A stretch of 60,860 nucleotides of DNA, filler included, from Basidiobolus ranarum (lineage: Eukaryota), in NCBI GenBank assembly GCA_040143965.1. It is 13 parts of 13 records of this genome, joined end to end, with 100 filler letters (N's around TTAATTAATTAA, not from the genome) between each part and the next. Parts side by side here need not be neighbours in the genome. Positions count along the whole stretch, not along the records: positions 1 to 4,601 come from JASJQH010008771.1; positions 4,702 to 9,300 come from JASJQH010008772.1; positions 9,401 to 13,998 come from JASJQH010008773.1; 10 more parts are not named here. One strand, 5' to 3'. The position numbers and the translations under genes are program-made. The notes beneath the pieces were generated by a model. It searched no databases, had not been told where the DNA came from, and was given only the letters and a program-made list of their open reading frames with translations. Shown one piece after another: positions 1 to 13,115 of this stretch; position 1 is the stretch's first letter; the number at the start of each line of letters is the position of its first letter.

Positions 1-342
1 TACTGAATAGGGAATATACTGTGGCAAGTTCGAGAGTTGGGGTGTTAGGGACTACAAGGACCAATACAAAGAGGGATGATGCAAGGATGATGTAAGGATG
101 ATGTAAGGATGGTCAGGTGACCTTCCATGGAAGGTCTTGGCGGAAATACAATATGTGTGGGATGACATGATTGGTCAGGTTTCATCGAATGTTCCAAAGA
201 ACATGACTTCCATATAAGGTAATCTGGATGAACTGACAGCAGATTGCCGAGAAGGGACGGCACAGTAGATATGATGTCATAATCTAATAATAGAAGAGTT
301 CCATATGCAGTGGATCAGTATGTTGAGATCAGAATCATGACA
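1..342 (-). repeat. LTR-like repeat family A, partial
   Basis: Near-identical inverted copy at 4367-4601; begins TGTCA on the minus strand; diverged copy at about 53470-53600. Confidence 0.7.
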
Positions 343-673
343 ATAGATACATTGCTTTCTGTTTCTGATATATGTAACATAACTAAAGTTTACAATGATG
401 TTGAGTAAAGATTAATTATGCAACAGAAATTGATGAAGATTTATAAGTGGAACAACCAGAAGGATACAAGGCAAAAGGATAAGAACATCAAGTATGCAAA
501 CTACAGAGAAGTCTATATAATCAGAAACAAATTCCTTGTGCATGGAATAACAAAATCAATCAGATCTCTATGCAACAACTTTTCAATGTTAGCAAAGCTG
601 ATCACTGCATTTACTTCAAGACTATCAAAGCCACCAAAGTCATAATTGTTGATGATATCATAATAGTTAGTAA

Positions 674-1609
674 TTGCTCAAATCTGATGAAACAAACAAG
701 ACCTGGCTCTCTACCAAATTTGAAATGCAAGATCTTGGATCACTAGCATATAGTCTTGGAATAGAGATACATCAAAATTCCACTATTGGAACACTCTGTA
801 TTACAAAAGAAAAATATGTTGGAGATGTTTTAAACAGATTCAATATGTCAGAATTTAAAACAGCTACAAATCCACTATGTATGCTTAAACTCACTAATGA
901 TATGGAACCAAAGACCTCTGAAGATTTTGAAATCATTGAACATATTCCTTACCATAATATAGTTAGAAGTTTCATATATGCAACAACTGGTATTAGGCCT
1001 GATATTGCTATAGCAGTGAGCATAGTAAGCAAATATATGGGAATCCTGCAATGGAACATTGGATAGCTGTGAAACAGATAGTATGCTATCTGAAAGAAAC
1101 AATACATCATGGATTTTGATTTAGCAAGCAATACCAGATGTCACATATTCTGAAGAATATGCTGAAGCAGACAGGGCTAACAATACAGAAGACCGTAAGT
1201 CCAGAAATGGATATGTGTTTAAGCTAGCAGGTGGCCAATAAGCCGGATTAGCAAAAACAACAAACTGTTTCATTATCAACTACAGAAGCAGAATATATGG
1301 CAAGCTCTATGGCTAAGGAGTCTTCCAAAGGAACTAGGTTATGATCAAGTTAATCCTACCCCAATATATCAAAATAATATTAGTTGTATTCAGATCACCA
1401 AAAATCCTGAGGCTCATGCAAGGATGAAACATATTGACATAAGACATCATTTTGTACAAGAGAAAGTTCCAGATAAAGTAGTGAACTTTATTTATTGTGA
1501 TACTGAAAACATGCTGGCAGATATACTAACAAAACCACTCAAAACTTCAAGCTTTGAGAAGTTAAGAGCAGGAATAGGCATTAGTGAATATAAGCACAAT
1601 GCTGAATAA
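674..1609 (+). mobile_element. Degenerate Ty1/copia reverse transcriptase-RNase H (family B)
   Basis: FEMQDLG..LGIEI, RPDIAIAVS, STTEAEY and KHIDIRHHF..MLADILTKPL motifs, broken by stops and frameshifts. Confidence 0.93.
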
Positions 1610-1623
1610 GAATTAAGGGCAGG

Positions 1624-1940
1624 TGTTGGATAATTAATCTCTATTCAACATCATAGTTAGCTTTTGTTATGCTACATTTATCAGAAGCAGGATGCAACAT
1701 ATCTATAGTCCCTATATTCCAAATAGGAATATCTCTATATCAATATAACAAGTATGTCTTTTTACTCCAACATATCTATTATATCTTATTACACAAACTC
1801 CTGAATATCACAAACAATTGACTTATTTTTCTACTATATAAGTCACCATATACTCTTAAGAATAAAGAAACAGCAACACACCATGATAAGTTGTTTCTAA
1901 TACTCAAAGTCTACCCCCATTATGTCAAGATCCTCCAACA
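1624..1940 (+). repeat. 3' LTR of copia family B
   Basis: Follows purine tract AAGGGCAGG; TGTTGGA...TCCAACA ends; related pieces at about 3610-3840, 4109-4310, 14099-14283, 42246-42380, 32875-33071, 37563-37991. Confidence 0.85.
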
Positions 1941-2268
1941 CTTTCAACAACAGAAGCTGAATATATGGCTGCCTATGAAGCAACAAAAGAAGCAATATGG
2001 TTAAGAAGTCTCTTAAAAACTTTGAGTTATTCTCAAAATTCAACAACTACTATATTTCAAGATAATCAAAGTTGTATCAAATTAGCTGAAAGTGGCATAT
2101 TTCATAATAGAAGCAAACATATAGATATTAGGCATGACTTCATTAGAGAGACTATAGAAAATGAGTTTATTATATTTATATGCATGGTGATATATAAACC
2201 GACCATTAGCAAGACAGAAATTTGAGAAATTTAGACCTTTATTAGGATTAGTTTATATGACAATTTAG
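1941..2268 (+). mobile_element. Copia RNase H remnant (family C)
   Basis: LSTTEAEYMAA..KEAIWLR..QDNQSCI..RSKHIDIRH. Confidence 0.9.
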
Positions 2269-2279
2269 TCAAGGGAGAG

Positions 2280-2627
2280 TGTTGAAATTAGCACTGCCTA
2301 AGCACCTATATAGTCATATATAGCTTAGTACTTAGTTATCTTAAAATTTACTAAGATATTATCCATTACTCTCAATTGTAATTTACTACAAATATTTTTA
2401 CCAACTTAGAAGTTCTCAGATATGTAGATTTTTCAAACCTGTGCTAGAAGCCCCAAACTTTGCACACATGTTCCTGGGACCTTCCTTAACACATTCTACA
2501 TGTTAGTTTGCATACATCTTGACAAAACTAGCAATGTCAACCTTCTATGCAATAAATCAATAAGTGAAAACCATCAATTCCTCTAATTGTCCACACCACT
2601 TCCAACAGACTCCAAAGTACTTCAACA
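2280..2627 (+). repeat. 3' LTR of copia family C
   Basis: Preceded by polypurine tract AAGGGAGAG; TGTTGAA...TTCAACA termini; many copies in the window. Confidence 0.9.
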
Positions 2628-2879
2628 CTTCTAAACTATACAAGTCATCATATTCTCTGAAGAATAAAGTAGGTAGAACACTATCACAAGTTGCCTCTAA
2701 TGTAAGAGGTCTACCCCTCATTCTGTCAAGTTACTCCAACATGGTAGCTGATAAAGTATTAGGGAGCTTGATAAAACTGCTTTAGAGAATTAGAGAAATT
2801 GGTGGTTTTCACCTATTGATTAATTGGGTAGAAAGTTAACATTCATAGTTTTTGTGGACATCCATATATTGAAAGGGAA

Positions 2880-3620
2880 ATTTCTGGCTTTCATTTGAAT
2901 CCAACAACATTTGGTTTGAGCCATTATTGGGCAAGTTAAGATTTATCCCATTGAGATAGATTATGAATTGCATTCTTCCATCTTGAACCTCTTGAATATA
3001 TCCACTATATACTGAGACTCACTCAAAGTTATTACTTTAGTAGTTCTCTCCATCTTAATTTGGATTCCAAGATAGTATGTTAGTTCACCAAGATCAGTCC
3101 TCATGAATTTTGTAGATAAGCTGGATTTGTTTGGACCAAATTCTTTACATCATTTGTTGATATAATAAGGTCAATTACATATAAGGCTAATGGGACTGGG
3201 CTTATCTTATTGGACCTGAAGTAGATACCATAGTCAGCTTTACCCCTTTGGAACTTTAGTGAATCCAACAAAGCATCTATCTTGCTATTCTAAGCTCTTA
3301 GCCATTGATTCAGGCTATAATGTGTGTTCTGGAGTCTGCAAGCTTTTTTAGGGTTTTCTGGTTCCACAAATCCATCTGGCTGATCCATGGCAATCTTCTC
3401 AGCAAGCCTGCCATTCAAAAAAGCAATTTCACCATCTATTTGATGAACTATACTTTAATGTTTAGCTGAAATTGCTAGAATCATTCTAATGAATAAAGCT
3501 CTGCTACAGGAGCAAAAGTTTCTCTATATTCTATTCCAGGTGTTGAGGAATAGCCTTTGGCTGCTAGTCTAGACATGTATCTTTCAGTATTACCATCCAA
3601 ATTGTGTTTAACACTTGGAG
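2880..3620 (-). mobile_element. Degenerate copia reverse transcriptase
   Basis: RLAAKGYS..PGIEYRETFAPVA plus recognisable AFLNG and MDQPDGF remnants. Confidence 0.85.
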
Positions 3621-4366
3621 GATCTTGACACAATGAGAGAAGAATTTTTTGTATTAGAGGCAACTTATGATAGTGCTTGTAGTTACACTATTTTGAAGTG
3701 AATATCATTACTTATATAGTTGAAAAGTAGATTAGTTGTTTGAGATATTCAAGAGTCTGTGTAAAAAGATAAGTGGGGTAAGAATCTATACTTCTTAAAT
3801 GGATTTAGAGATATTATTGGATAATTAATCTTTATCAACATGTTGGTTAATTTTTTTTGAATGGGAAAGGTGACACCTGAATTTCAATAAGTAAAACCAC
3901 AAGTGTGATGGTAACCTTGAGAGGAGTCTCATATATTCATTCATTTACAACAAATCTATTTTCAATTGAAGCAGTTAAAAAGAAATATTATGATGCCAGC
4001 TTCAGCCAAGGATAAGCACTAATATACAAATCAAAGGACTTGACAGATGCACCTGGATCAAGAATTGGGAATTTATATCACCTAGTTATTGCATCAACAG
4101 CTGAGACTTGTTGGATAATTACCATTTATTCAATGTATTAGTTGAATGTAGTTATGATATATATATCAGAAACAGAAAGTAATATATCAATGGCCCCCAT
4201 ATTCTAATTAGTAATATCTCTATATCTATGCCACAAGTATATCATATTACACAAACTTCTGAATATCTTGTACAATTGCTTTACTTCTCTACTATATAAG
4301 TCATCATATGTCACAATAAGACACTCAACAAGGATTGGAAACAGCAAAAAGAGGCTAGAAAACAAG

Positions 4367-4601
4367 TGTCATGATTCTGATCTTGGCATACTGATCCACT
4401 GCATATGGAACTCTTCTATTATTAGATTATGATATCATATCTACTGTGCCATCCCTTCCTGGCAATCTGGTGTCAGTTCATCCAGATTATCTTATATGGA
4501 AGTCATGTTCTTTGGAACATTCCATGAAACCTGACCAATCATGTCATCCCACACATAGTGTATTTCCGCCAAGACCTTCCATGGAAGGTCACCTGATCAT
4601 C
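4367..4601 (+). repeat. LTR-like repeat family A, partial
   Basis: Inverted match to about 107-342; starts TGTCA; runs off the contig. Confidence 0.7.
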
Positions 4602-4701
4602 NNNNNNNNNNNNNNNNNNNNNNNNNNNNNNNNNNNNNNNNNNNNTTAATTAATTAANNNNNNNNNNNNNNNNNNNNNNNNNNNNNNNNNNNNNNNNNNN
4701 N
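4602..4701. other. Artificial contig spacer (first of 12; the others start at 9301, 13999, 18696, 23391, 28084, 32775, 37463, 42146, 46827, 51507, 56185)
   Basis: Identical 44N-TTAATTAATTAA-44N block with stops in all six frames; flanking contig lengths fall monotonically. Confidence 0.98.
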
Positions 4702-4880
4702 AGCCCCAAACTTTGCACACATGTTCCTGGGACCTTCCTTAACATATTCTACACGTTAGTTTGTTTACATCTTGACAAAACTATAAATGTCAACTTTCTA
4801 CTCAATAGATCAATAAGTGAAAACCACCAATTCCTCTAATTCTCCAAACCACTTCCAACAGGCTCCCAAATACTTTAACA
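4702..4880 (+). repeat. Partial LTR, copia family C
   Basis: Matches 2449-2627. Confidence 0.85.
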
Positions 4881-5552
4881 AATCCAAGTCTCCATCCACT
4901 AATTTCTGTTGTTGACAAATCATTTTTACCTTTGTTACTGCCTCCCACTCCCCTTGACAGTGTCTTAGACACTGCTGACTTAACTTTTCTACTTTGTAAC
5001 ATTGACCAATACTGCAGATCTTCACACTTTAATTGAGAAACTACAAAAGTATTTATGGCTTCTTTGTTTTGTTTGAAATAAAGATTTTACCTGTTGGTGA
5101 CTGTCTCCCACCTAAGCTTAAGCAGTGCAACAAATAGCACATTAAAACATGAAGTAAATGATGAGATATTTCTATTTGAAAAAATGCATGCAAAAAAATG
5201 AATTAGTTTTGGTCAATAGTGCATCTTCTAACTTCTAAGTTGGTGTCAATATTCTAGGTATATTCCTCATGAGAAGAGTGGGTGTTATCTTAGTTCAATA
5301 TGGGATAACTAAATACTAAGCTATATATGACTAGATAGGTGATTAGGCGATGTATATTTCAACAATACTGTGGGTACATTGTTAGATTTACATGATAAAA
5401 ATTCAAGTGGCTGCCAAGTATCTTTAGTGAGAGATTATGATCATAGTGGCTCTAATCATTGCTTCATACACATAGACTGAGTGTAAAGTTCAAGGCAATA
5501 GGAGTCCATAACATAAATAACAAGTTCAAGAAGAGCTGTGGGGGGCGTCAAA

Positions 5553-7705
5553 CTATATATATAACAAGTCAACAGAAGTGAGAATATTAAGTGTGTTGGC
5601 AGAAGAACTTACATATGGATGATCAGTCGAATGATACAATGGCGGGGGTGACATGTAAGAAGGAGCAGCCAGAGATACCAGTTTGGCATCGATCTCTTCA
5701 GAATCGTCTATTGGGGCGTCATTTGTGATAATGTTCAGAACACCTAAATCAAAATTATTAATCCGGAGATGAGACTTTCTGAAACGGCTGCCAGCCATCC
5801 CAGACAGCATACTAGTCGTCTTTCCCCTTAAAAATAGCATGGGTTAATGAAAGCAATATTAACGAAAGCGATATTAATGAAAGCAACAGCGCATGCAAGG
5901 AGAAAAGTGATTCCATACCATCCTCCACCCGAGAGATTATGGCTTCTGTATTGGCAAAGCGAGTTAACAAACATCAGAGCAACGACCATTGGATAAGTGT
6001 ACCTACCCTAAGTAGCTCCATCCAATCGCATGTCCTCCCACATCCATTGGGATGGATTTTTGCAATTTGGCCAAAAAGACCTGCGGTCAAAATGTTAGTC
6101 AACATGGATATGGATAATATCTAATCCCACCCAGTACCTTGGAATGACTCAAGACTCCGGGTTGCTTCGACACCGAGTCTCTGAGGAGTTTCTTCGGGAA
6201 GTTGTCTCTGGAATAAAAGCTCTCTTTCAGGTGAAATTGATGATTGTGCTGATTGAGGAAAGTTGTGAGTAATAAGCAAATAAACGATTACAAAGTGGCA
6301 TTGCAAATACCCCGTGAATCGACTTGTCAATAGTGCTCTGTGAAGGGTAGATGATTTCAATTGGAAGCTCCTTCAAGTCATATACACCTTTGGCTGCAAG
6401 CCCTCCACCACATGATCGATAAAACTCGCGTAGCCAGTACTCATCGATTGCTCCAAGAGCACTCGTCTAACACAAGATAAAGTTAGTGATGAGGGTTTGT
6501 GAAACCTGCAGAGTAGAATGTAACCTGATATTCCAGCTTCATTGTGTTATCGCTGCAATTGGACATTAGACCGTGAGCTTTCAAGGTTTGTGCCACTCTC
6601 TTGTGTCCATAGGACTCTTCTTGATCATTAGGATGACAGCCGGGTACTGATGGAATAAGACTAACCTGGAATAAGGTATTAGAAAGAGCTGTCTAAAAAA
6701 AGAATCTAGACTAGTCCTTACGCCAGCTGTTGAGAAGTCATAGCTAGTAAGAGAGTTGCGAATGAAATTCGGAACTTTCAGTGCTCCCAGGAAATGGTAT
6801 AGATCTTTACCAAAAGCCGGTACGTGTTGCATTTTGTACTGCGCACGATGGAAATCCTGTACGAATATGGCCTTGGTGTATGAATGTCAGCATCTCTTTC
6901 AGACAATTGACGAGAGGCTATTTGAGCTTACATTTTCGAAGTTCTCCCAATCAAGGGACGTCTATTTCATGAGACTTTATATTAGACAAAGGTCCCGTAT
7001 ATATGAATGTTTAAATCGAACTTTACCACATTCGCTGAGGTGACTACCACTCGCAAAAACTCATCATAGTACAATATCATAAGCTTTGCGTGCATACTCC
7101 CATATCGGTCCTCGGGTAATGGTGGCTGGATGACTGTAAATTTGGAGTGTAATGAGGAAGTTCCTGGCTAGTGAATGGTCTTTGTTAACAAAGATGTGAC
7201 AATAGCGTGTATGCTAATCATGACGATTATACCTTTTCCCCCGATTGACGGTGCCAGTTTCGGACTAAGCATATTGGAATGTTATGAGGAAGCTTGGAAA
7301 TGAACCAATCTGCTTCAAGTTGATAAGTAGCAAGCATAAGCTTTCTAAGATTATCCTAATCATCCGAAAGTTACTTCATTGAAAACAACTCAAATAAAAT
7401 TGGATTTGAATTGAAAGTATTTACTTTGTCTAGTAGCTCATCAATTGTAACATGATTCTCGGTTGGAGACTTGCTAGTCTTAGTAAGTAGAACCTTCCCA
7501 TTTGGATATTTAAGCTCTATAACGAGTACATATGAGATTACCATTACTTCATATTCAATTTAACAATAAACTATGTACCAATTGGCTTGTAGCTCGATAA
7601 GCTTCTTACACTAAATGTGATCTTTCTATAGTTTAATCTATGTACATTTTCAGGACGTAAACGAAATAAAGATGTCGGAAATGTTTTATGTATCAATCTA
7701 GACAT
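5553..7705 (-). CDS. TDP1: Tyrosyl-DNA phosphodiesterase 1 (multi-exon, about 10 introns)
   Basis: Manual splicing at GT-AG gives LKYPNGKVLLT, YGSMHAKLMILYYDEFLRVVVTSAN (first HxK), IEIIYPS, GVLSHSK (second HxK), GWSYLGSHNLS..WG and RINNFDLGVL. Confidence 0.9.
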
Positions 7706-8571
7706 GAGCAACTCCAAATTTTGAGGTGAAGCGAAAGTAAACAAAGGAAATCAGCCAAAGAAATTTCATAATCTTTGGCTAAGCTAGTTTAATACGCACT
7801 TATTTTTCTAGCTTGATAATCTGATTCCTATTTTCATTAATAGTCAACCATTAGACATCTATAGTAAGGTTCGTGGGACAATTACTAAGGTCTGCAGGGC
7901 TAGCGGACCTGGTAAGTAAGTGCGAATAACACGGTGTTCAGGGGTGAGTTATTGGTAGTTATGATTCCTAATGCAGAAATTGAAGATACGGTAAGATAGC
8001 TATTCGGCGCCCGGCGTTCGGCGTTCAGTGCTTTACACTTCGGCTGTGGCTACTGCTACGGCTACATACTACCACAGAAACCCCATCTAAAGTGCTTATC
8101 ATTAATACTACCACGTGAAAAACGACATTGTTATCGATAATGTGGGTTTTCTTGTGTCGTTTTCTTAAACATATCTAAAATCAATACTACTCGTTTATTT
8201 CACATTGACCTCACTCTAGCATCCGTAGGCATTTGTGTTGTCTGGCTTCGAAAAAAGAAAATTCTCTTGAAACACCAATTCCCATGGATATATTGGATCA
8301 TAGACAATCCCAATAGGGCATTCAATGTCCGCTAGATTTTGGGGAATTTACTATTGAGTGAAAATCTGTGCTCAGGAAGAGCTATATAATGTAGCATAAT
8401 GCTTTCTTAACAGGTGCATATACACTTTAAGCTCATCCATCCTTTTCTACTATATATTAGGTTAAAAACCATCGAATATTCCATTCTTCTGGTTGCTTTT
8501 ATTCTTAACCAACTCTTTCACCCTCTGGAATTGCTTACTTTGTATTTCTCAACTTTAATATAATATTTAAT

Positions 8572-9300
8572 ATGGTCAAGAAACTTTCCGTCGAAGTTGG
8601 TACTGAAAAGCCTCAAAACGAAACCTTGCCTCGTCGTAACTACTTGAGCCCCGATGCACTCCTAAGCAAACCTCATAAGGATATCAACACTCTAGCTGAC
8701 ATCCTCCCTCATATGGTACGTACTCGTGCTAACAAGAAAGCACTTGGCTACCGTAAAGTCGAAAAAGTTATAGAGGAACAAAAAGAGGTGACCAAGATGG
8801 TTGGAGGCGTTGCTCAAAAAGAAATCAAGAAATGGAAGTACAGCCAACTTGGACCTTACAACTGGTACACCTACACTGAGGTAGAGCGTATTTCAAAGGA
8901 ACTTGGTTGCGGTCTTATCAAAATTGGCTTGTCAGCCGGTGACAAAATCACTATATTTAACAAAACTAGCCCCCACTGGTATATGATGTCACAGGCTTGT
9001 TTTTCACAATCTATGACTATTGTTACTGCTTACGAAACCTTGGGTCCTGATGGTCTTAAGCATGCCTTGAATGAAGGTGAAATTACCACACTTTTCACCA
9101 ATGCTGACCTACTTCCAGTCGCTCAAAGCATTGCCAGTCAAGTTCCTACCTTGAAAAACATCATATACACTGATGAAGCTGCTCCAGTTCTTATTGACTC
9201 CTTTAAGGGAGACTTCCCAGAGCTTGGTATTTATACATACAAAGAGATTCGTAGTCTAGGCGAGAAGAACCCTATAGAGAAGAACCTTCCTCAAGCTGAG
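8572..9300 (+). CDS. FAA1: Long-chain fatty acyl-CoA synthetase, 5' part (truncated by contig end)
   Basis: Faa1/Faa4-like N-terminus: K.WKY.QLGPYNWYTY and IVTAYETLGPDGLKHALNE. Confidence 0.9.
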
Positions 9301-9599
9301 NNNNNNNNNNNNNNNNNNNNNNNNNNNNNNNNNNNNNNNNNNNNTTAATTAATTAANNNNNNNNNNNNNNNNNNNNNNNNNNNNNNNNNNNNNNNNNNNN
9401 GGGAATTATTGAGCTTAGGGCGAAAAGAGGCCAAACTTATACAAACTAACATCTAATCCAATAGGGTTATGTGTAAATATACATTATTCCAATTAAGAAA
9501 CTGTTCAATTACAGCATAAGAAATTTGGCCATATTGGATTTGATCATTTGAGCTAAATGACTAAAAATTGCCTAATATTGGGAATTCAAACTAACCCTC

Positions 9600-10380
9600 C
9601 CCAATCAAAATAGAAACTTGTGAGGGTTGTATATATGGAAAAAAAGCCAGGCAACCACCAAGAGCTCTGGTTAAATCAAATTTGTTGAAAAATTGGATTT
9701 AATTCATCCAGATTTGTGTGGACCTACGCAAAATTTTTCTCCAGGTGGAAAAAGATATTTCATCATATTTATTGATGATTATAGAAGAGACACTTGGGTC
9801 TATTTTATTGAAAGAAAAGAGGAAGCTCTCTCTATCTCTAGATATTTTAAAACACTTGTGGAGACTGAAACTGGAACTAAAATCAAGAAAATATGTACCA
9901 AGGATGGTGGAGAGTATACTTCAATACTATTTATGCACTTTTGCAAAGTTCATGGAATTAAGCAAGATACTACTGCCCCCTATTCACCTCAGCAAAATGG
10001 AGATGCTAAAAGAGCTAACAGGACTATAATAGAAGTGGCAATATCTATGATAAATGCGCAAAGTTCATCTCATAGTATTTGGATGGAATCTGCTGCTATA
10101 GCCATATATCTGAAAAATAGGAGTTTTACTAGAGGTCTGTCTAACTCTACACCTTATCAAGCTTGGTTTGGAGTTAAACCTGATGTACTACATTTGAAGA
10201 ATTTAGGATACATTGCTATGTCAAAATTATAACCAAAAATAGGTCAAAATTAGATCCAAAAAGAAAGAAATCCATATTTATGAGTTATTGTTTTCAAACT
10301 AAGGGTTACAGACTCTATGATACAAAAGTGTACAAGTTAATCAAGTCCTGGTATATTTTGTTTGATGGTAATAAAAACAT
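9600..10380 (+). mobile_element. Degenerate copia integrase
   Basis: CEGCIYGK, LIHPDLCGP, YFIIFIDDY, DGGEY, TAPYSPQQNG.A.RANRT. Confidence 0.93.
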
Positions 10381-10704
10381 TTAACCTAAAACAACCTAAA
10401 ATAATGACAAGAATCAATTTTCTCCTGTTTAATTATTCAAATTGATTTGAAACTAAACAATACAGAAATAGCATATCTGTGGTCCCTTCAACCACCATCT
10501 TGCCTATTGAAGTGTTCAATACAATGCTAGAAGTTGTATTATCTTGATCCCAAGCCAGGTGATCAAATCATATCAGATATAGCCCTGATTATTATAGCAA
10601 TAAGTCCCAAAATTGGGCCTATGCCTGCACAGCTCAAATGCATGAACCCTGGACTGTAATAGAGGCCATAATAAATACCACCCTTACAAAGCAGGTGTTC
10701 TTTT

Positions 10705-11052
10705 TGTTCAAGTATTTGGGAGCCTGTTGGAAGTGGTTTGGAGAATAAGAGAAATTGGTGGTTTTTAATTATTGATTGATTGAGTAGAAAGTCAACATTA
10801 ACAGTTTTGTCAAGAGGCAAACAAACTTACATGAAGAATATGTTAAGGAAGGCCCCAGAAAAAAATGTGCAAAGTTCTGGGCTTCTAGCACAAGTTTGAA
10901 AAATGTATATATCTGAGAACTGCTCAGTAGGTAAAACTATTATATATAAATTCCAACTGACAATAATGGATAATATTGTAGTTAATCATAAGAGAACTGA
11001 GTACTAAGCAATATATGACTATACAGAAGCTTATGCGATGCTATTTTCAATA
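10705..11052 (-). repeat. 3' LTR, copia family C
   Basis: Reverse-complement match to 2280-2627; adjacent to the RNase H end. Confidence 0.85.
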
Positions 11053-11069
11053 CGGTCCCTCAACAAAAT

Positions 11070-12010
11070 AGTCATATAAACTAATCCTAACAAAGGTATA
11101 AATTTCTCAAATTTCTGTCTAGCTGATGGTTTGGTTAATATATCAGCAATCATGTCTTTTGTTGACCAATAAGTCAAGTCAGTACACTAATTCTCTATAA
11201 TCTCTCTAATGAAGTGATGCTTAATATCTATATGTTTGCTTCTATGATAAAACATGGGATTTTTAGCTAATCTGAACCAACTGTAATTGTCTCGAAATAT
11301 TTTAGTTGGTGAATTTTGAGAATAAGCTAAATCTGTTAAGAGTTTTCTAAACTATATTGCTTCTTTTGCTGCCTGACAGGCTGCTATGTATTCTGCTTCT
11401 GTTGTAGAAATTGCTACAGTAGGTTATTCCTTTGAATCTAAAGAAAAAGCTCCATTACAGCAAAGAAATAGTTGTTCTGTTGTAGATCTCCTGTCTTCAA
11501 TATCTCTTCCCCAATTTGCCTCTAAATATCTTATCAGATGAAGTTTGATACAGAATATGTGCATTTTGTGCACAGATCCACATTACATTTTAAATACCTG
11601 ATAATCCACTTAACTGCTATGATTTGATTGGATCCATAACTTTGAAGATATTGGCACACAGCTGTGACAGAATATGCAATATCTGGCCATGTTCCAACCA
11701 TGATATATATCAAACTACCAACCATAGGTTGATAAGAAGATATCTGGCTTTCATTTGAATCCAAAAGCATCTGACTTGCACCATTTTTGGTGAAGTCAAG
11801 ATTTATCTCAATTGGTGTAGATACTGGACTACATTCTTTCTTTTTAAACTTCTTTTGTATATCTAGGCTATACTTTGACTGATTTAAACTCATAGTTTTG
11901 GTAGCTCTATCTATCTTAATTTGTATTCCAAGAAAGTACATCAGTTCACCAAGATCAGTCATCTTGAATTCAGCTGATAAGCTGGATTTGGTTTTCTCCC
12001 AAGTCTTCAA
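11070..12010 (-). mobile_element. Degenerate copia RT/RNase H (family C)
   Basis: FKMTDLGEL.YFLGIQI, YQ.MVGSL.Y, STTEAEY, SKHIDI. Confidence 0.92.
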
Positions 12011-12089
12011 GTCATAAAACAGTGTTTGTCTTATCTGGCCTGAAGTATGAACCTTAGCCAGCATTACTCTTTGGCTGCAAAGGCTTGCT

Positions 12090-13115
12090 GGCCAATATTT
12101 TTAATTAACTTAAATCTTCCTCCTCCTGAACAGTGTAAGGGTGATAATATTTTGATACCATCCATTATATCTAGACCTGAATCACCTGTGCTTATTGATA
12201 GCTTCCTCAATATCTAGACCTGGATCACCTGTGCTTATTGATAGCTTCTAGGAGTCATTGACTGTGGAGTTTGAATGGTCATTGAATGGGGTTCAGTGGG
12301 GCGAAAGTTTTATATAAGCCAATATCATTGTATAAATTGGTGACACTTCTGCCATCAGCAAACTTGGAGGTCTTTGTGGGAACAATGCACAATCTTGCTG
12401 TAGGTTTTGTCAGATCAATGGAGTTTACTCCATCTGGCATATGCATTACTGCTATCCAAATACAAAACACAGCCCTGTAATTTTACCATCAAGAGCCCAG
12501 TCAGATTGCAACATGCTCACTGATATTAATTCACCAAACACTCAGTCTAACATCAAACTTGGTATTAGCCATATGCCTATGATTATATTGCTAAAGGGGA
12601 TCAGCTGGAGCCAGAGCTTCCCATTAGGCACTATGCACTTTCTATTTAATAACATTCCAATACTACTTGCTCAGCTGTATAGTGGAAAATTCAATATGAA
12701 TGAGCCATTCGAGATAGGATCAAAGTTTGAATCAATTGGGAAAATGCTTGAAAACATCAAGATACCATCATATTTTACCAGAACTCCCATCAATATCCAC
12801 TCATCTAGGCATTTATTCAAATGCAAAGACTGTAAGTATTGGATTTGTATATATTTGAGTGGAATTTTGAAAATATATCTGCCTGATAAGTATTGGCAGC
12901 ATTGGGAGTTGTTTGTGAATGTTGTTAATATATTCTTACGGCATCAACACACATTGGCAGATCTCAGGCAGATACAGCAACTGTTCAAACATTCTGTAAT
13001 TGGATATGCAAAACTTCATAACAGGTTAAAAGAAGATAGACTGAATATATTTGAGTATTTAATTCATTCCCTGCGGCATCTTTCACAGTGCTTAGAGATT
13101 TTAGGCCCTTGCTAT
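12090..13115 (+). mobile_element. Degenerate CMC/EnSpm (CACTA-like) transposase fragment
   Basis: MHFLFNNI, IPSYFTRTP.NI, FK..D..YW and IHSLRHL..CL...GPCY match Tnp2-type transposase motifs; homologous to copies in contigs 6, 10, 12. Confidence 0.8.

Noticed and set aside
1-4601. Contig 1 as one element with long terminal inverted repeats
   Set aside because: Both repeats begin internally with TGTCA and run outward off the contig, and the interior is unrelated copia debris; two independent insertions causing assembly breaks is the simpler reading
4646-4657. Regularly spaced TTAATTAATTAA palindromes as a biological repeat array
   Set aside because: Always centred in N runs; an artificial six-frame stop linker
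12167-12249. Tandem duplication of about 40 bp
   Set aside because: Local duplication within a dead transposase; two units only, no spacer array
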